Source of the DNA: Camelus ferus
Taxonomy: Eukaryota
Reading direction: 5' to 3'
Assembly (NCBI RefSeq): GCF_009834535.1
Contig: NC_045696.1
Location: 78,308,001 to 78,372,000 of the forward strand
Length of the DNA stretch: 64,000 nucleotides
Part shown: positions 61,791-64,000 of the stretch, in pieces
Numbering within the stretch: the first letter of the stretch is position 1
Layout: every line of letters starts with the position of its first letter
Position numbers and translations under genes: made by a program
Notes under the pieces: generated by a model
What the model was told of the DNA's origin: nothing
Databases searched by the model: none
Seen by the model: only the letters and a program-made list of their open reading frames with translations

Positions 61791-62959
61791 TTAACTAATC
61801 ATCTATGAATAAAGGAATATGCAAAGACAATGTTATTTGGATTTAAGCATTATTATTTCAAACTATTACTCTCACAAATGAAATATATATTTTTCTCACA
61901 ACTACCTATTTCTAACCCTTTTATTACAGTTACAATTTTATAGTAAGCTGTGAGCATTATAATTCAACTATGCTTTATAATTTGATGAGCTAAGTATTAA
62001 AATTGGCTGTTACAAAATTATCATTAGCAGTTTGCTATTCAGTTTGCTAGCTAAGAACTAATTCTGAAAATAAAGCTGTGCATCTCTTCTAAGTAAGTCA
62101 GACTTCTTTAACCATGATTAGATTGCCATGCACTTTAAGGAAGAGTAAGACCATAGCAAATCTCGTAAGTTCCTTAAGCTCTGTGCTCTTTCATATCTGC
62201 TAAATGAACACGTTGAGCTGAATGACTTACAGCATCCTCCAAGCTCTTACATTTTGAGATTTAAAGTGATTTAAATAAAGGAGACATAATACATGGACAA
62301 TATAACAATGACTATGGGTATCGGCTTTTAATTTTTAGGATGTTTCTACCTCCTCTACTCAAAAAATATGTAACAAAGCACAGAATGTTCTGGAACAAAT
62401 AAGACATCATTATGTGTTTTTCTCCATTTGACACGGCTTTTACAAATCTATTCCCAAGCCTTAATGCCATGCACAGTTGGTTAGATTTATAAAGATCATT
62501 ACAGCATGTGTTCCTCTAATAATCACTCTGCCACAGGACAGGGCATGGGCGTTTTTGAACTGGTGAACTTCTGAAAGATAGCACAAATTGACGTTTTGTA
62601 TTGTACACCTGTGCCAAGCTAACAAAACTATAGAAGACAGTGTTGAAAGCACTGAAAGAAACTGATTTTTTGTTGTTGTTGTTCTATACCTCTGCACCTA
62701 GCCAGAGACCGCAATTAAACAAAAAGTTAGAATGATTTCCTCTCTTTATTTGAGAATACGGCACTGAAAAATGATGGCATCTGGATATGTGATAAGAAAA
62801 GTGTAGAAAAAGAAACACTGCTATGTTTTAGAAGATGACTTTTATTGGTTTTTCAAATCTAAGATACTATATAAATCCTGTCTCTCCTCAAAGTTTGGCT
62901 CACTAATTTTAAGATCCATCAGTGGACAAATATCATGACTATGTTGTCTTCCTAATGGT

Positions 62960-63735
62960 GATTGTTTATTTCCCCCATCCTTCTACTTTTATTAATCCGA
63001 ATTCTACCATAAGGAATGCCTGCCCCATCTCTACGGTTATAGACTGAATATTTATATCCCCACAAATTCCTTTGTTGAAATCTGAAGCCCCAATATGATA
63101 GTACTTGGGGGGGAGGACTTTAGGAGGAAATTAGGTTTAGATGAGGGCAGGAGAGGGGTATCCTCATGATAAGATTAGTGACCTTATTAAGAAAAAGAAG
63201 GGACTCAAGAGCTCTCTTTCTATCCCCATGGGAAGACATAGCAAGAAGGCAGCTGTCCACAAGCTAAGAAGACAGCTTTCATCAGAACTCAACCACGCTG
63301 GCACCCTGATCTTGGACTTCTCCATCTCCAGAACTGTGTGAAACCAATGTCTGCTACTTATGCCACACAATCCATGGTATTTTGTTAAAGTAGCTTAAGC
63401 TAAGACATCCCCTTTGAATAATATTAATTTACTCAATTCCATATGTATATCAGTATGAACTCATGGATGTATATTTAGTACTATGGATTAATATCCAAAG
63501 CTATCATTTATTTTGTTGTTCAAATTGTTTCAGCTTCAGCCATCAGGAGCTGATTCTGTTTGGCTTCCGTACTTTTCTGACAACCCCTACCTTTTTTGAA
63601 CACTCTCCTAAACTCTCTCACAAGACGTTTCAGGTTCATCTTGTAGTTACCTTGTCCCATCTGGAATCAACTACTTTTCCAAGGAGTCCTTGTTCTTTTA
63701 TTGCAGAATGATGTTTAGAAACTAGGACCTGGAAG
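62960..63735 (-). mobile_element. Old L1M (L1MC-like) 3' fragment split by MLT1A
   Basis: tatcagtatgaactcatggat...ttcaaattgtttcagctt...caggttcatcttgta...ctggaatcaactacttttccaaggagtcct. Confidence 0.7.
63035..63407 (+). mobile_element. MLT1A-like MaLR solo LTR
   Basis: tatagactgaat...cccacaaattc...gctggcaccctgatcttggacttc...tggtattttgtta...ctaagaca. Confidence 0.88.
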
Positions 63736-63766
63736 TTGCATCATCTCTAAGTATTTCCCCAAGGTA

Positions 63767-63918
63767 CAGTTGTCCCTTGCTATCCAAGAGGCGTTAATTC
63801 CAGGACCCACAGACACCAAAATCTGTGGATGCTCAAGTCCCTTATGTAAAATGGCTTAATACAATGGGCTTTCCATATCCATGGGTTCCTAGAAACCTGC
63901 ATATGGAGGGGCCCAATG
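63767..63918. mobile_element. MER2-like TcMar-Tigger MITE, internally deleted
   Basis: TA|cagttgtcccttgctatcc...ttccaggaccc...accaaaatctgtggatgctcaagtcccttat...atatggaggggcccaatg|TA. Confidence 0.8.
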
Positions 63919-64000
63919 TAGTTACTGATTAAAAAGGGAAAGATAGTAACTCTATAGTAACTTTATACACAAATCCTTACAGATCCGTTCTGCCAAGTGA

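Overview
AT-rich mammalian genomic DNA, apparently intronic or intergenic and dominated by transposon remnants. Three copies of a tRNA-Ala(AGC)-derived SINE (Vic-1-like) and young cetartiodactyl-type L1 3' ends point to a camelid. Recognisable content: a near full-length dead Tigger1 (48.7-50.9 kb); seven ERV1/ERVL LTRs, all on the + strand, five within 6.5-12.4 kb and one nested in another; nine MLT1 (MaLR) LTRs; hAT/TcMar MITEs; many L2/MIR fragments; simple repeats. No protein-coding gene could be identified with confidence, and I found no convincing new biological system. Best leads: a 6-nt microexon-like unit (40963-40968), a duplicated 3'ss/5'ss recursive-splice-like motif (13811-13864), a phase-compatible chain of minus-strand exon candidates, a hairpin cluster (41.5-41.7 kb), a 25-nt L1 insertion with a 15-bp TSD, and several enhancer-like motif clusters. 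Repeat names come from recalled consensus similarity, not a database search; boundaries of old repeats are approximate.
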